Positions 1 through 11,429 of a DNA stretch of 64,000 bases are shown one piece after another. Each line of letters opens with the position of its first letter. Position 1 is the stretch's first letter. This DNA comes from Macrostomum lignano (lineage: Eukaryota), in assembly GCA_002269645.1 (NCBI GenBank), contig NIVC01003148.1, positions 7,877 through 71,876 of the forward strand, read 5' to 3'. The notes under the pieces were generated by a model that had not been told where the DNA came from, searched no databases, and worked only from the letters and a program-made list of their open reading frames with translations. A program made the position numbers and the translations under genes.

Positions 1-99
1 CACGACGCGTCCGCGCCACAGCCCAATGGGCCACAGCCTCAGCGATCTGTACAACCCCCTCCCCAGAAGCCGAATTTTGCCTGTTTCAAGGATCTGACC

Positions 100-811
100 A
101 GGCAGCTGGCACGAGGCTGGTTCCTCAGCAAGGTCGACCTTCGCCACCCCTACCGAAGCGTTCAGGTGCACCCAGACTGCTACCTGGCGACGGGTCTCAG
201 TGGGCGTTCGAGCTGGACGGTCAGCCAACTTACCTGCATGGACTACCTGGCCTACCTGGTTGACACGCGACGCTTATTCGGTACGGCGTCATCGGTAAAC
301 ATTTTCTACCGCCTAACGCAAGCTGTCAAGCGCTACATGTACAGACAATTCTCGCATCTGTCCAAATTCGTCGTCGTCGCCTACCTACTAGACAATTTCT
401 GCATAGCTGCCTGGGACTACGAAGTCCGTCTGCAGCTGCAAAACTTTCTGTTGACCACCCTGAAGCACCTCAGCTGGACCAAAACGCAGAGCCTAGCCAC
501 TTCGATCACTTTCCTGGGCGTGTAGATCGACACATTGGCTGGCCTGCTGTCGCTGCCTAGTACCTACCCAGAAGATGGGCAGCCTTAAAGAGCTGCTCCA
601 GGTCTGCGCCAAGTCAAGGAGCCTGCAGAAACGTCGCCTTCAGCACCTAGTAGGCAAACTGAACTGGTTCTGCAAAGAGACCAAACCAGCAAAGGCCCTG
701 CTCCGCGCACTCATGGAGATGAAAATCGCCATTCCCGAACAGCATCATCGAGTACCTGTGCGCGGCGAGCTGCTAGTCAAGTTGCAGTTCTGGCAACATG
801 CAATCCCAGTG
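100..811 (+). pseudogene. DIRS/Ngaro-type retrotransposon reverse transcriptase, degenerate 5' part
   Basis: Translation gives GWFLSKVDLRHPYRSVQVHP, YLVDTRRLFGTASSVNIF, YLLDNF (degenerate YxDD), TSITFLGV and LQHLVGKLNW. These match my recollection of DIRS-class RT motifs. Stops and frameshifts are present. Confidence 0.75.
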
Positions 812-1331
812 TGTTATTATTTAATCTACTAGCCCATACTGTAGCTCTCTCTCTCCCTCTGCCAACCCTGCCTAAAACTTCCATGCTCGCAACTTTTTTT
901 TATAATGTACTTCACTGTATTTTGGTGCCACTACCTAGACCTATATTATTGATAAATTTATTATTGAAGTTTTTTTATTTATTACCCAGCCATTGTCTGT
1001 GACTTCGGACCCCTGATTATGGTTAGCCCTCTCTCCCCGCGCCCTCTCATTGGCTGTCTCTATCATCTGTTATTCTTTGTTTCCTACCCCCATTTGCGTT
1101 CTGTGTGGCTGCAGCCAATCCCCTCTCGCTCTCTCTGCCCCACCTGCTGTTTTTATTACCCTGCAGCTTTAACCCCACCACATTTGGAGCTGTCTTTTAT
1201 TTACTGCCGTGTGCTGTTCCCCCCTTTGCGATTCGCCTCTGCGAATCCAAGCCCAATACAAGAACAAATTAAGTAGATATGTTACTTGAGTAGTCTGATG
1301 TAACCGCCCTTGTCGCCTGTCCGCTCCTATT

Positions 1332-1471
1332 TGTGGCAGCCAGCCGCTTTAGTTTCTTATTCATGCATAAATTATTGTCTATGGACAAACTCAAATATAC
1401 TTGTAAAGGGTGTGTGGCTGCGCCCAGTCTCGCCAAGCGCGAATACTCCTAATACATTCAAACTCACAACA
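1332..1471 (+). repeat. 5' LTR (140 bp)
   Basis: TGTGGCAGCC...CTCACAACA, a direct repeat of 5197-5336 with one mismatch (ggaC/Aaaac). Confidence 0.97.
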
Positions 1472-1488
1472 TGGTGTCAGAGGTGGGA
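1472..1488 (+). promoter_or_regulatory. Primer binding site, probably tRNA-Leu
   Basis: TGGTGTCAGAGGTGGGA directly follows the 5' LTR. It is complementary, with one difference, to the ...UCCCACUUCUGACACCA 3' end of eukaryotic tRNA-Leu(CAA). Confidence 0.8.
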
Positions 1489-1542
1489 GACTCCAATTAG
1501 ATAATTGCTTTGTGCGTCGTTTTTGGTGGCAACTACAGCGGC

Positions 1543-4500
1543 ATGTCCGACGCAGCTGGACTGCGACCTCCAGGGCCCATGGTATTCGATGAGGCCAAGT
1601 CAGAACGCTGGAGAAAATGGATCGGCGCATTCAATTTATACATGACCGCCACAAAGCGCGACAAGGAGGCTGACAGCATGAAGAATGCGATTCTGCTGAC
1701 CGCCATCGGTGAAGAAGGCAGGGACATATTCGAGACATTCGAACTCTCTACTGACTCTGCTCACAAAGACATCATCGACAAATTCGAGAAATTCTGCATT
1801 CCTCTGGACAGCGAAACATTTGATCGCTACAAGTTTAGAATGCGTAAGCAGGAGCAGTATGAAGATTTTGATCACTTCATAAATGAGCTACGATTGTTAA
1901 TAAAGCGATGCAGTTTTTCAAAGCCTAAAAATGGGCAATGCATTGACGATGCCATGCTTCGAGATCAGATAGTATATGGGGTTCATAATTCAGCACTCCG
2001 TGAACGGCTCCTTGAGAAAGAGAAGCTGACACTGGAAAAGGCTATTGTTTTGTGCCGTGCCACCGAAGCTTCAAAGATGCAAGCCAGGCAGATGACAGGT
2101 ATAAAGAGTGAAAACAGAAACTCTGTCAGTCGAATTGTAAAAGACCCTGATCACAAGTTGCAGCAATCAACCAGAGCCAAGTCCAAGTCTATCACACGAA
2201 AGGCTCCTACAGGACAACAGGAATGCAGATACTGCGGCAAGAACCACAAATTTGGTCACACCAACTGCAGTGCCTATGGCAAGACCTGCTTGAACTGTGG
2301 ACAAAAGAACCATTTTAAGGCCATGTGCCGGAAAGAGAAAACAAAACAATCAAAACAGATTCGTACAGTTGAAGATGAGCTTACTGACGTGACTGAAACA
2401 TCGAATTCTCACCAAGCTGCTGCATGGGATACTACAGATAAAGAAGTGCTGACGGAATCAAAGATCTTTAAGGAATACAGCGATGTGTTCGAAGGAATTG
2501 GATGTCTGCCTGGAGCGCATCACATTTCATTGAGAGAAGGTGCAATACCGAAAGTCCAAGGCCCAAGGAAAGTCCCATTTGCGGCTATGAAGGCCCTGCG
2601 TGAAGAGCTTGACCGTTTGCAGAGCCAAGGAATAATAACGAAATGCGACCAGCCGGCAGATTGGGTGTCCAATGTTGTTATCGTCTGGAAGAAGGATAAC
2701 TCGATTAGACTGTGCTTAGATCCAAAGAATCTAAATGATGATATTGTCAGAAATCGATACCCCATTCCAACTTATGACGAGATGATTAGCGAGATGACAG
2801 GAGCAAAATACTTCTCAACATTTGATGCTAAGTCTGGCTTCCATCAAGTTCAGTTGGATCAAGAAAGTTCACTTCTTACTGCATTTCACACTCCGTTTGG
2901 TGTTTACAAATGGAATCGACTAGCTTTTGGTCTAAAGGATGCACCTGAAGCTTCCCAAAGGCGCATCAAAGAAGAAGTGACAAGTCAAGTAGAAAAATCT
3001 GCTAACTACATCGATGACATCATAGTATGGGGAAAGACTCGGGAAGAGCACGACCAAGCAGTTCGAAATCTTTTGGAGCAATGCAGGAAAAAGAACCTGA
3101 CTCTGAACAGGCAAAAGACGAGCATTGGCAAAACCGAGCTTCGATTTCTTGGACACATACTAACTGACAAAGGTGTGAAAGTAGATCCACAAAAAGTAAA
3201 CAGCATCAAAGAAATGCCGCACCCAAACAGTTTTGAACAGCGTGCTGAAAAGCAAGCGCAGCTCCAACGGTTTATTGGTAGTGTAAATTACTTGTCAAGA
3301 TTGCTTGCGCCATTTGACCCGAATAAAGACCTAATTTTATCTGTCGACGCCAGCAAAGATGGCTTGGGATCAGCACTATTGCAGGAAGGACATGTCATTG
3401 AGTATGCATCATCAGCTCTAACATCCGCTCAAAAGAAATATGCCCAGATAGAGAAGGAAATGCTTGCGATAGTATTTGGCTGTCGAAGGTTCAGACAGTA
3501 TCTCTGGGGACGTAGAGTCTCTGTCGAGTCTGACCACAAACCGCTGCAGTATATTATGAAGAAGCCAATGGATGAACTATCGGCTAGAATTCAACGTCTG
3601 ATACTCAAGATCCAAGAATTCGACTTAGACGTGCAATACAAACCGGGAAGATATCTTTATTTGGCTGATACATTAAGCCGTGCTTTCTTGCAATCCGTGC
3701 ATTCGGCGAATGACATAGACTCTGAGCTTGAGAATCAAATCTTGGGTATCCAAAAGGTTTGTCTACCGGAAGACCTACTTAAGAAGATCCAGGAACACAC
3801 ATATGCAGATTCAACTTGCCATGCGATCAAGAATCGCATTCGCGAGGGTTGGCCGGAACTCAGAAACCAATTGCCAGAACAACTAAAGCCTTTCTGGAAT
3901 GTTCGTCACGATTTAGCCGAGCACGACAGATTAATTATGAAAACCAGCAAGATATTTATACCACTGACCATGCGCCACGAATTCTTGAACATCATTCATG
4001 AAGGGCATCAAGGCATTGAAAAAACACTGCTAAAAGCAAGAGGATCGGTATACTGGCCTCAGATGCGTCGGGACATCCAGAACTACATAGCAGCATGCGA
4101 TGCCTGCCAAAGCAGCCAATCCCGACCACAGAAAGAAACAATCATTAAAAGTCCGCATCCTGATTATCCATTTCAAGAGTGCGCGACTGACCTGTTCGAT
4201 TTTAAAGGTCGAAAATTCATAGTTGTAGTGGACAGATACAGCCGATGGATCTGTGCAGATCCATTAAGATCAAATACAGCTGAGTTTGTTATCCTGCAAT
4301 TAAAGAAATATTTCTCCACATTCGGAACACCTGAGAAGTTGCGATGCGACAACGGACCGCCATTCTCGTCCAACGCATTCCAATTATATGCTAAATCAAG
4401 CGGGATAGCGCTTGTAACATCATCACCAAGATATCCACAGTCCAATGGATTAGCGTAGCGAGCTGTGCAAACAGTGAAATGCTTCTTGAGAAAGAATGAA

Positions 4501-5130
4501 GACTTTGAAAAAGCAATGCTTCACTACCGTAATACTCCGATTGAGCGTGGGTTACCGACTCCAGCAGAGCTACTGATGGGAAGGAAATTGAGGTACGAAC
4601 TACCTGTACCAATAATGGAATTGATACCAAAACGAACATGGACGAAGAATGATTTGGAAACACTGAACGCCATGCGAAGGAAGGACGCGATTCGCTACAA
4701 CAGTACAGCTAGGGATTTGAAGCCACTGGAGACTGGAGAGCAAGTCTGGTTGTACGAGGACAAGAGACAGTGGATTCCAGCAGAAATTCAATCGCGGGAT
4801 CATACGGATCCAGAACGATCGTACCAAGTGCAAACTGCTGATGGTAAATGCTACAGAAGGAATCGACGATTTTTAGCACCCAGAGTTGCGAACTCCAGAC
4901 TGTCTGCAATACCGAAACATCTAGCGCTACAGCGACCAGTAGATATCTCAGAGAGTCATCTGAAAGATTCAACTGCATCATCCGGAATTCAGCCAACTCA
5001 TGAGCATCCAACAACAAGCAATCCTGCTGAAGATGCTAACCGACAAATGACCAATGCTGACACAAATGCGCCATATGTGACACGATCGGGTCGTACTGTC
5101 AAACAGACGAGATTCTATCAAGCTGTTTAA
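1543..5130 (+). pseudogene. gag-pol polyprotein (Gag zinc knuckles, RT, RNase H, integrase) with no protease and an in-frame stop at 4456-4458
   Basis: Motifs present: CRYCGKNH...CLNCGQKNHFKAMC; YIDDI; VDASKDGLG...YAQIEKE; HEGHQG...CDAC; TDLFD...CDNG...SNGLA*RAV. No D(S/T)G protease motif lies between Gag and RT, and the RT-RNase H linker is missing. Confidence 0.93.
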
Positions 5131-5184
5131 TGATGAATTTTTTGTTTATGAACAAACTATGCAATTAACGAACAATGTTCTTTT

Positions 5185-5196
5185 GAAAAAGGGGGA
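5185..5196 (+). promoter_or_regulatory. Polypurine tract
   Basis: GAAAAAGGGGGA abuts the 3' LTR. Confidence 0.9.
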
Positions 5197-5336
5197 TGTG
5201 GCAGCCAGCCGCTTTAGTTTCTTATTCATGCATAAATTATTGTCTATGGAAAAACTCAAATATACTTGTAAAGGGTGTGTGGCTGCGCCCAGTCTCGCCA
5301 AGCGCGAATACTCCTAATACATTCAAACTCACAACA
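5197..5336 (+). repeat. 3' LTR (140 bp)
   Basis: Direct repeat of 1332-1471. Confidence 0.97.
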
Positions 5337-6586
5337 CTATTGAGAGACGAACGCATGACTAGAGGGGGCAATGACCGTAGGCTGCCCATGACCGGGCAAT
5401 GACCTGACGGACCTCCAGCACCAGACTGTCCCGCCCACATGATTGATAGCTTTGGTAGCGCTTTGTGACCAGAGGGCCAAGGACCCACATGGACCCCACC
5501 TGTAGCCAAGGTGCAATAGTTGGTCACTCGGTCATAGTATGACCGAGTGGCTGCCACCACTCTATGTGACCTGGCGCACCTGGATCTTTCTACCAGACCT
5601 CTCGAGGCTAGAGCCCCGCCTGGGATGGTTACCAGGAGATTTAGGCTAACAGGGGGGACACATGCAGCCGAGTACAGGGACTCTGCTTGGGGCATGATCG
5701 GGAACTCTGGGCTCAATCTGGAGGATTTCTCAGCAGGGGATCCTTTGTGGCTGTGAGCGAGGCTGACTTGCGACTTTGATTACTAAGAGTAGTATGAGGC
5801 GAACATGTACTGTCTATAGTTTAGATTGCTCAGGGCGAAGGGACGCGTCAGCATGGGGGTTGCAATCTTCCTACTGCCATTCTGTGCCAAGACTCGCTAA
5901 TCCCTCTACTGCACGCACACGCGGCCCCGCAGCACGCACTCACAGGCGGGCTTTGCACGGGGAGAGGCCATTAGCTTACCCAACTTCCTTATGCTTTGCC
6001 ACCCCGGGAGAAAGGCTTAGCAAGCCATGAGTGAAATGATGGTGAAAGAGTGAATAATGATGAGGTTAGTTAATACTTAATAATTAGGCCCTTAGGCAAA
6101 TAATCAGGCAATTAGGCGGCTTCACTATTGAGTAAAAATACAGCAAAAGGTACGGTATCACAACTGGCTCAGCTCTCTAATCAGACAATGGAAAAATAGG
6201 CAAACTCCGGATAAGCAAAGGCAATTAGAGCACAAATCAGTAACAGGAACTTACCGGCAGCTGCACAGAGAGAGAGAGAGAGAGAGAGGCACCGAGGGCG
6301 GCTGTAGGCTGCAGTCAGGCGGACCGTGAAGCGGCGATGCGCTGAAGCGACGAGGCGCTGGTGTAGATCAGGCGAAGCTGATGATGCTGGGCGGTGTCAG
6401 ACCGCTGGCCGATAGGCGAGCTCACTTGGGGAGCTGAAGATAACTTGGCGGTAACAGACCGCGGACCGGCAGGGATTCGTCTTATAGACGAATGGGTCAG
6501 AACTCAGTCTGACGGCAAGTCTAAAGAGAGACTAGGAGCCCGAAGGTGGGCAAAAGTTGAGGATTCTCATGCCGAAAACCGCCTCC

Positions 6587-7100
6587 TTTTATAGCCTTCC
6601 CAGCCGCCGCTCCAAGGTCGTTTACATGGCTCTCTCTCTCTGATTGGCTGCCGGCAGAATGACGTCAGAATGAGTCATGATGAGAAACATGAGACCGGCA
6701 TAGCAACATGAGAAATAGGGAAATTGCACAATCCGGAGGTGGGATGGGGGATAATTGGCGCAGCGGGTGATCGCAAAAGTGTTGCGCAAGCAAACATTGT
6801 GAACAATGGGGCTGGGGTCGAGAACAAAGGAATTGGAAATCGGGGATAATTGGGGAGAATCGAGAACAATAGAAAAGTAAACATTGGAGAAAAGGTGATA
6901 ATTAGGTGCGAAAACGAGAACAAAAGAAAGAGAAAATCGGAGAAAATGTGATAATTGGTGGGGATAAAGAGAACAAAAGAATCAAAAACGAGAACAATAG
7001 AAGCGGAGGTGGGGTGGGTGTCGCGTGAGAAATTTAGGGAGGAGAACAATAGCATGAGAAAAGGTTGCGCAAGAGAGGGGGATGAGTCATCGATGAGTCA
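6587..7100 (-). promoter_or_regulatory. Pol II promoter module of family Y: TATA, CCAAT, CRE and three AP-1 sites
   Basis: TATAAAA (6587-6593, minus), CCAAT (6643-6647, minus), TGACGTCA (6660-6667), and TGAGTCA at 6671, 7083 and 7094. The same order is kept in copies 2 and 3. Confidence 0.6.
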
Positions 7101-7817
7101 TCGGGGGGAAGAAGGGGTCACACGACTTGCGTCACCGTTTGGGAGTTTGGGAAGGAATGGGAGGTCGGTGAGCACACAAAATACTGTAAGTAGACACAGG
7201 GAAAGAGGGGACAGCGCAGGAAAAGAGTGCAGAGGGAGACAAAAAGAGGGGGATAGGGAAAGTACAGGAAGAATAGGGCGGAAAACAGAAGAGATAGGGT
7301 AGAGGGGGAGGTACAGAGAGGGATAGGGAGCTCCGGAAAGGCAGGTGTGGCGGCAGGAGAGACGGAACCAAGGCAGTAGAGGGGTGCAGCAGAGCGGGAG
7401 TCTCCAGGTCTGGTCGGGGACCTGGCCGAGTCTCGACAGCTCTGTGCAGGGGGGTGCACGGGATAGGAGGCACTTTCGAAAAAGTTCCCATGCCCTATCC
7501 CGCGACCAGAGCGTGGTTACATCAAGTCCTTGGCCCAACGCCTAATATAACACGTACTTACTACCGGAACGTCTAGAGCGCCCGAGTGCGGAAACTGCGC
7601 AACTGTGTCACCTGTCGTGTTCCTTTTGGGGTTTAGTGCTTAGAATCTTGTGATCACCAAGGGCCTGTGCGTTCGCTGCGACCCTGGTTGCCTGCCTATA
7701 CTGCCTGCGCGTTCGTGCGACAGCAGGTCGGTAAGCAGCACGACTAGGTGCTGAGTCTCCCCGCTCGTATAGAGCGCGAGACGAAGCCGGCCGGTCCGTC
7801 TCGGGAAACGACAAGTT

Positions 7818-8240
7818 TTCCCGACCGACAAGCTGTGCCGACGTGCTCGAGTGCTGGCAGCGTTCGAGACAGACGCCTGCGTTAGTGCGAGTGACATGAT
7901 CCTGAGCACCTCTGATCCCCTGCGCGAGTTTTGCCTCGTCAACTTCTGCAGTGATGCTGGTGCCATCTTATGAGCGAGCATATCAACTCCAAGGAAGGAG
8001 ACAGTATTGCTGCTGCTCGCCATCATTCTATTCTAGGAGCAGCTGGCCGGCCACGGGGTGGCCTGCTTCGTCGACAGCAGCGCGGCGGTCGGCACCATAA
8101 CCGTGGTCCTCCAACAACCCGATCGTAATAATCCTGCTCAAAACGGCCATTCCATCTGGCAGCGTTGAGGCACGACTTTCAGTTTAGGGCTCACCATATG
8201 CCGGGGTCCTGGCAGCTGCTGAGCGACCCGCTGCTGCGCT
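7818..8240 (+). pseudogene. DIRS-type RNase H, continuation of 100-811
   Basis: FETDAC, EHINSKE, *EQLAGHGVACFVDSSAAV and FRAHHMPG...SDPLLR follow the DIRS RNase H motif order (TDAS, HINxxE, W...DN, HIPG...ADxLSR). Confidence 0.65.
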
Positions 8241-9160
8241 GCCTGACGCATCCCCACCACATGCTGCTGTATAATTCTGCTGCGCTACTTCGGCTGGGCC
8301 AAGGCACAGCCAGAAGATCTGCGCAGGGCCTGCCTCAATGAGTCAACCGGCGGCCGGTTACTTGATCCGGCATCGCTCGCATTAAGTCCCGCGGTCTCTG
8401 GCGCGGTTCTCGAGCGGAGCGAGTTGCGACGGCAGAAGCAGATCCTAGCTGCGCTATTATTAGGTGCGAGCTTTAGGGCTGGCGCTGTGACCCTGATAGT
8501 TCCGGCTTGTTTTTATTTCTCTGCAGTTTGTTGTGTTTATTTGGACTGCTGGTTTCCTTCCTCCCGCTTTCAGTTGGTGTTGGGGTTCGCCTCCCCTAGC
8601 TGAACCGGGTGTGCCGTTCTTGTAGGCCCCTTGTCTTGTTTTTGCTCTGTTTCTATTTTGGGGTTTAATCATTGATCAAAAACTTTAGCGTTATCTTAAA
8701 ATATTTTGCCCCCCGGGGTGTAAAACTCTCAATTCTCAACTCGAAGCAAGATCTGAGAAATAGCTGACGGTCTGTATAGTACGCTATAATTACGGTTGGT
8801 AGCAGCACTACTTGTATAATGCTTAGTTGTATGTAGCAAAAATCGACGTACATCTGTAATGGTGTCTGAAGAACTGAACGAGCCCGTGCTAGCGACCGCT
8901 CGACTACGATTTTACCACCCTCCCCCGGAATTGAATACCCCGGCAGACGGAGTAATTCGGAGGCAACGAATTTGACTGCGCGAGATTTTCCGGCGAGAAA
9001 TGCGCGAACTGACGCAGGCGGCAGTTCAAATTTTCAAATTTCAATTTTTTTCGTTTTCAGTGTGTTGACCAGCTGACTCAGCTCAGCTACCACGTATCTG
9101 TTTCCCCATAGATATTCGTATTGATATTCAATTTCTAACAAATGCAACAAAATAAACCTA

Positions 9161-10406
9161 CTTGTACAGCTCGGATTTGCATGAAAATTTACAGAAAAAT
9201 TATTACACACAAAAAAAAAACCTCTGTGAAACTTCAAGTCCATCAGACCACGCAAAGCGGAATGGCAAGAGTTTTAAAGGTGCTCGTATTTATAATGCAT
9301 TGTATATGCGCACAGTGTATAACATGTATGCCCATTTGCAACACTTGTACAGCTCGGATTTGCATGAAAATTTACAGAAAAATTATTACACACAAAACAA
9401 ACACCTCTGTGAAACTTCAAGTCCATCAGACCACGCAAAGCGGAATGGCAAGAGTTTTAAAGGTGCTCGTATTTATAATGCATTGTATATGCGCACAGTG
9501 TATAACATGTATGCCCATTTGCAACACTTGTACAGCTCGGATTTGCATGAAAATTTACAGAAAAATTATTACACACAAAACAAACACCTCTGTGAAACTT
9601 CAAGTCCATCAGACCACGCAAAGCGGAATGGCAAGGGTTTTAAAGGTGCTCGTATTTATAATGCATTGTATATGCGCACAGTGTATAACATGTATGCCCA
9701 TTTGCAACACTTGTACAGCTCGGATTTGCTTGAAAATTTACAGAAAAATTATTACACACAAAACAAACACCTCTGTGAAACTTCAAGTCCATCAGACCAC
9801 GCAAAGCGGAATGGCAAGAGTTTTAAAGGTGCTCGTATTTATAATGCATTGTATATGCGCACAGTGTATAACATGTATGCCCATTTGCAACACTTGTACA
9901 GCTCGGATTTGCATGAAAATTTACAGAAAAATTATTACACACAAAACAAACACCTCTGTGAAACTTCAAGTCCATCAGACCACGCAAAGCGGAATGGCAA
10001 GAGTTTTAAAGGTGCTCGTATTTATAATGCATTGTATATGCGCACAGTGTATAACATGTATGCCCATTTGCAACACTTGTACAGCTCGGATTTGCATGAA
10101 AATTTACAGAAAAATTATTACACACAAAACAAACACCTCTGTGAAACTTCAAGTCCATCAGACCACGCAAAGCGGAATGGCAAGGGTTTTAAAGGTGCTC
10201 GTATTTATAATGCATTGTATATGCGCACAGTGTATAACATGTATGCCCATTTGCAACACTTGTACAGCTCGGATTTGCATGAAAATTTACAGAAAAATTA
10301 TTACACACAAAACAAACATCTTTGTGAAACTTCAAGTCCATCAGACCACGCAAAGCGGAATGGCAAGGGTTTTAAAGGTGCTCGTATTTATAATGCATTG
10401 TATATG
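9161..10406 (+). repeat. 183-bp tandem array, about 6.8 units (left arm)
   Basis: cttgtacagctcgg recurs at 9161, 9344, 9527 and onward. Units are near-identical. Confidence 0.98.
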
Positions 10407-10684
10407 AATTCCAATCCCAGCCGGAACTACTTTTGCTTGTGTTCCAGAATATGAAGTTATACTCAAACACAGAACTTGTTAATAATTATAGGATAGAGTT
10501 AAAAATAAAAGTGGAGTATAAGTTCGTATAAAATTAGAATTTGAGGCAAGCATTAATCACATGTTGGCTTGTGGTGTTGCCCAAGAATGTCAGGCAATGT
10601 CTGTCTTAAAACAAGTATTGGCAAACTCCGGCCTCTGTCCCTGCGCCTCCCTACGTCCCTAGATTCCTTTGAAACTTCAGTCAA

Positions 10685-11415
10685 TTCTCTACTGTTTCCT
10701 CTCTTCTCTATCGTCTCTCATCCTTTCCCTCCCATCTCATCTCATCTCTTTTTTCCTCTCTCCTTTATTTCTTCCCTCTCCCCGATCTTTTCTTGTCTCT
10801 CCTTATCTTTCTTTGGTTTTTCTACTCTCTTCTCTCTCATTGCTTTATCATCTCTCCTTTCTCTTCTTATTTTCTGCTCTCTTATCTCTTCTTATTTATC
10901 TCTGCTCTCTACTCTCTATTCTCTCTCCCCTCTGTATAAATTCTCACTCCTCACTCTCCCCTCTTTCTTGACACTTCCCACTTCTCTCCTCTCTCCGATC
11001 TCTTCTCTCTACTCTCCCCCGATCTGCTCTCGTCTCTCATCTCTTCTATCATCTCTTTACTCTCTCCTCTCTCGTCTCAATCCTCTGTAATATATCTTTC
11101 CTGCCTCATACTCTCTCTCATTATCTGATCTGTAGTCTCCTTTTATCATCTCTCCTCTCTCAACTTCCTCCACTACTCTCACCTCTCCTCTCCATCTCTC
11201 TCTCCCTCGCTCTTATCTCTCCACTCATCTCTCTGTTCTCTGCTCTCCCATCTCTCATCTCCTTACTATATTCTCTCCCCTCTCCGTTCTTCTCTTTCCT
11301 CTCCTCTCCCCTGTCTCTCCCTTTCCCCTCTCTCCCTTTTGCTCTCGATTCTCTCCCATCTTTTCTCCTCTTTCCTCACTCCACTTCTCTCTCTCCCTTT
11401 GTCTCTCCTCTCTGC
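10685..11415. repeat. CT-rich low-complexity tract
   Basis: Nearly G-free irregular (CT)n/(CTT)n sequence. The L/S/F-rich ORFs here are artefacts. Confidence 0.95.
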
Positions 11416-11429
11416 TTTCGTGTCTGTAA

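Larger units (their letters stand above)
1332..5336 (+). mobile_element. Ty3/Gypsy LTR retrotransposon, Mag-like, internally deleted
   Basis: Two 140-bp LTRs (TG...CA, 139/140 identical), 5-bp TSD CTATT (1327-1331 and 5337-5341), PBS, PPT and a single gag-pol frame. The empty site is visible in copy Y2 (ctcCTATTgagag near 26461). Confidence 0.97.
1296..7524 (-). mobile_element. Solo-LTR-like element family Y, copy 1 (about 2.2 kb net, interrupted by a Gypsy)
   Basis: Ends TGATGTAACC...GGTTACATCA with an exact 4-bp TSD AGTC (1292-1295 and 7525-7528). Colinear with copies at 26433-28650 and 61400-63569. The TATA/CCAAT promoter is on the minus strand. Confidence 0.8.
812..7813. mobile_element. 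LTR-like insertion (about 770 bp net: 812-1295 plus 7529-7813) splitting the DIRS pol
   Basis: TG...CA termini with flanks AGTG (808-811) and AGTT (7814-7817), a 3/4 match. Removing the insert joins ...HAIPV in frame to FPTDKLCRRARVLAAFETDAC. Confidence 0.45.

Noticed and set aside
5237-5716. MSPEFPIMPQ... ORF in solo-LTR family Y
   Set aside because: Copy 1 and copy 2 differ at several amino acids, copy 3 is frameshifted, and I recognise no domain.
812-7552. Alternative ends TGTTAT...ATAACA for the LTR-like insert
   Set aside because: The flanks AGTG and CGTA do not match and the DIRS frame is not restored.
7640-8026. Minus-strand ORF containing TVSFLGVD, resembling an RT motif
   Set aside because: The plus strand carries an ordered set of RNase H motifs that continue the DIRS frame, so the minus-strand match is probably chance.
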